A stretch of DNA of 63,992 nucleotides, filler included, from Olpidium bornovanus S191 (taxonomy: Eukaryota > Fungi > Olpidiomycota): the NCBI GenBank assembly GCA_017911155.1. It is 30 parts of 30 records of this genome, joined end to end, with 100 filler letters (N's around TTAATTAATTAA, not from the genome) between each part and the next. Parts side by side here need not be neighbours in the genome. Positions count along the whole stretch, not along the records: positions 60,707 to 62,733 come from JAEFCI010001885.1; positions 62,834 to 63,992 come from JAEFCI010007635.1; 28 more parts are not named here. The stretch is one strand, 5' to 3'. Of this stretch, positions 60,965 to 63,992 are shown piece after piece (the stretch's first letter is position 1; each line of letters starts with the position of its first letter). Made by a program: the position numbers and the translations under genes. The notes under the pieces are model-generated. The model worked only from the letters and a program-made list of their open reading frames with translations. It ran no database searches and was not told the DNA's origin.

Positions 60965-62508
60965 GACACGATCGACTACGATTTCACGTCTCCCGCGCCA
61001 ATCCAACGGAAACACTTCGTTTCGTTCGTCATGCGGGTCAAGCAGCTGGAAGGGCGGCACCAGAACCTGATCGGGAAGCTGCCCGAGGAGGAGATCCACG
61101 TGTACGAGCTGGCCCGCCACGTCGCCTCGCGGGGCCCGAGGGCCAAGCTCGGCAGGAACGAGATGACGGCCATGCGGTTCAACGCCCTCGCGCGCAGGTT
61201 CAACGCCGCCGGGAGGCACGAGGACGCGCGCCTGTACGGCCACGCGGCGCTGAACGTGGGGAGCCGCAACCACGCGGGGACGGCGCTGATCCTCATGAAC
61301 GCGCTCGAGACGGATTTTATGCTGTCGAACGGCGCGCTGGACGAGGGGGAGATGGTGGGCAGGTACAACGCCGCCCTCGGCGTGCTGCGGTTCCACTGGG
61401 GAGAGAACCACCCGCTCATGATCACGATCCACGACAAGCTCGCCCAGCTCTACTGCAAAGGCGGCCAGAACGAACAAGGCTATAACTACCACACCTACAG
61501 CATGACCACCGCGTTCAGGATCCTGGGGAAGAACCATCCTGTTTCGGCCATGCATCTCACAAAGGTACTTCTTTTTTGAACCAGAGAGGGCCGCGGCCGA
61601 ACCTTTCGTGCCGCAAAATTGAGCGCTTCGCGGCTAAAACTGCAAAAATACCGGAGTTCACGCGCAATCCGAAAAGGGGGAATTAAAAAAATGTTATTCT
61701 TTTTTATTCGCAGGCCGGGTACATCTTGCTCGCGACGCGGCGAAACGACGCGGCGGTCCAGAAGTTCCAGGAGGCGCTGGACGTCTTCTCGGCGCTGGAC
61801 CCGGAGAGCGAGCACGTCGCGGAGAACCACTACTGCATCGCCGAGGCCCTCTTCGACAAGGAGGACATCGACGGCGCGACCTGGCACAGCCAGCGCGCGA
61901 AGCGCATCCGGGAGCTCGTCCACGGCAACCTCCACCCGAAGACTGTCGAGAGCTACCAGCAGCTCGCAAAAACCACGCTCGCCAGTTACAGGCACTACGA
62001 GGGGGTGATCACGCCGCACATCAAGCAGTGCTACCACACGGCGATATCGTGCTACGAGAAGATCTTTAAGTACCTGAAATCTCCTCTGGCGGCAGCGCCG
62101 GCGGTCGAAGGCGGCGGCGCGAACCGCAGCGCGAGAGAGCCGCCGCCGCCGCCGCCGCCGGCCGCGGGCGGCATGGTGACGGCGCAGGCGCCGTGCCCCG
62201 CGCCGCCCTCGGCGCCCCCCAGCAAGGACCTGGCGCTGCTGGACCTCACGCGCACACTGATATCGCTCAAGCTGCGGCTCATCCCTTCGCACCTCCGCGA
62301 GCTGCTGCGGGCGCTTAGGGCGCAGGAGAACATCCAGTACCCGGAAGAGCTGGTCAAGGACGTTATCCTCCGCCTGGTCCACCTCACGCCCTGCGTCCTC
62401 ATGGACAACATCTTCCAGAGGGTGGAGGACAAGGAGGCGAGTTCCGTCGCCGAGCTGGCCATCTGCATCCAAATAGCGGAAAAGTCCGACTTGACGTTGG
62501 TGGTGTAG
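60965..62508 (+). CDS. CLU/Clueless-family TPR-repeat protein, C-terminal part
   Basis: DYDFTSPAPIQRKHFVSFVMRVK (CLU-central-like), then TPRs with HWGENHP, ILGKNHP and VHGNLHPKT motifs. Intron about 61565-61713; stop at 62506-62508. Confidence 0.7.
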
Positions 62509-62833
62509 CCGCCCCCTCCGCCCCCTCAGCGTGCGCGCGCGGAACTTGCGTCAGATTTTGTAAGACCAGAACAAGGGCGCACACACCCTACCTTACCCTA
62601 CACGGCCGTTTCTTCTCAACAAAAACGCAACATACTTCGAGATGTATCACGACCTCGCACTGTGATGTCACGCGTCATCACGCGTGATGTCTACACAGGA
62701 ATTATAAATTCGGATCTCGCGACATTGCCATGGNNNNNNNNNNNNNNNNNNNNNNNNNNNNNNNNNNNNNNNNNNNNTTAATTAATTAANNNNNNNNNNN
62801 NNNNNNNNNNNNNNNNNNNNNNNNNNNNNNNNN

Positions 62834-63688
62834 CCCCCCACCATGTTCTCCAGAGAGTTTCGAAACCTCCCGGTAGATCGGAGTGTACCTAGGTGTATTT
62901 CCCGCAGCTGTTCGCCGGCCTCTTCGCCGTCTCGCTCGTGGTCTCTGCGTGTTTTTTTTTTTGACGGCGGACGTAACGCAGAAAACGGCGGGGTCAGGGA
63001 GACTTCCTGATTCCGCTTTTTTTTTTGTTTCCTGAAGAAGGGGCGGCGAAATCGGAGCCGCAACCCCCGCCCTTTCCCCACACACACACACACACTCATC
63101 CCTCGCCCATCCCCCCGCCCAAGCTCACCGGATGACGCTGGACTTCACAATCTCTGGGTGATCTCCGGCGCCTCCGTCCGTATCTTTCCCCTTCCTGCCT
63201 TTCCCGCTTTTCGGCCGCTGGTCTGCCTCTTCTTCCTCCTCCGCGGCGGGGCCGTTGTCGAACAGCGTGTACGTCGGCACCGCGTCCGTCCCCTCGGCGG
63301 CGGCCTCGGCGTCCGAGGGAAGGAGGGGCACGCCCGCGGGTGCGCCCGGGGCGGCGGCGGAGGCGGCGGACGACGACGTGAACGACGACGACAGAGCCGG
63401 CGCACCTTCCAGCTCCGCCTCCCGCCGCAGCTTCGCGTCCTCCCGCGCCTGCTCCTCCTCGGCCAGCGCCATGGCCATCGCCAGCTCCTCGTCCGCGGCC
63501 CGCTGCCGGCGCTGCGGGCGGTGCTGCCCGGCCGGCGGGCCGCCGCTGCTGTAGCCGGGCGTGACGAACGGCGCCGTCTCCGAAGAGGCGGAGGGCGGCG
63601 GCACGGCGGACGCGAAGCCGTCCGACGGCGACGGCGCCTCGTCGTCCACCGGCACGCTGGTAAAAAGCTCGGTGTCGACACGTTGCAT
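62834..63688 (-). CDS. Hypothetical protein with a UIM-like motif, 3'-partial
   Basis: 187-aa first exon with GC-rich third positions, containing ADEELAMAMALAEEE and ending at a GTGAGC donor near 63127. Confidence 0.55.
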
Positions 63689-63992
63689 GGTGGCTTTTTT
63701 TTTTTTTTTTTTTTTTTCCTTTGCCCCCGGTTAACGGTTTTGTTTCTCTTATTTTGTTTTTTTTTTTTTTTTTTTACTTTTCGTCTGCGCCGAGAGACTC
63801 TCTCTGCCCGGCTGGGAAAGGAGTGCGGGCAAGGGGGAGGGGGGGGGTAACGCGGGGGGGTGGGGGTGAGAGGGGGAGGCGGGAAGGGCGCGCGCGTGGC
63901 CGGGTAACCTTGGCGACGGCGCGAAACCCGCGACGACATAAAAACAAATAATAAAAAAAGAAAATAACAACCGCCGACCGCCCCGGGGGGGA

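Overview
This window is not one locus. It is 30 short contigs (about 1-4.5 kb) joined by 29 artificial 100-bp spacers (44 N + TTAATTAATTAA + 44 N), so neighbouring genes are not shown to be linked. The DNA is GC-rich, intron-rich and eukaryotic. The gene content points to an early-diverging (non-Dikarya) fungus: fungal hallmarks CHS7, chitin deacetylase, MDM31, OMS1, UPS1 and RIM4 sit alongside genes lost in yeasts (RNPC3/U11-U12 65K and a DHX40-like helicase). An Olpidium-like zoosporic fungus is my guess, by inference only. Recognisable genes, mostly partial: GAL1, CHS7, DHX40-like helicase, glutaminyl cyclase, UPS1, CDA, an MFSD1-like transporter, RIM4, ATG7, RNPC3, FIP1, OSM1/FRD1, MDM31, OMS1, a P4-ATPase, a RasGEF, NIP7 and a CLU-type TPR protein. 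There are also a decayed Ty3/gypsy element and a decayed DNA-transposase remnant. Best candidate for an undescribed system: in RNPC3, a perfect U12-type 5' splice-site motif (GTATCCTTT) lies 4 nt downstream of the only donor that gives an in-frame direct splice, which is a weak one (GTCTGT). Using the motif would create an immediate TAG at the junction, and two further U11-like motifs occur in the introns, suggesting a U11-sensing autoregulatory switch. Other leads: a tandem double pseudo-glycosyltransferase, an ORF interrupted only by TAG stops (possible CpA>TpA, RIP-like decay), frequent AAG 3' splice sites, and a copy of the CHS7 start region inside its own intron.
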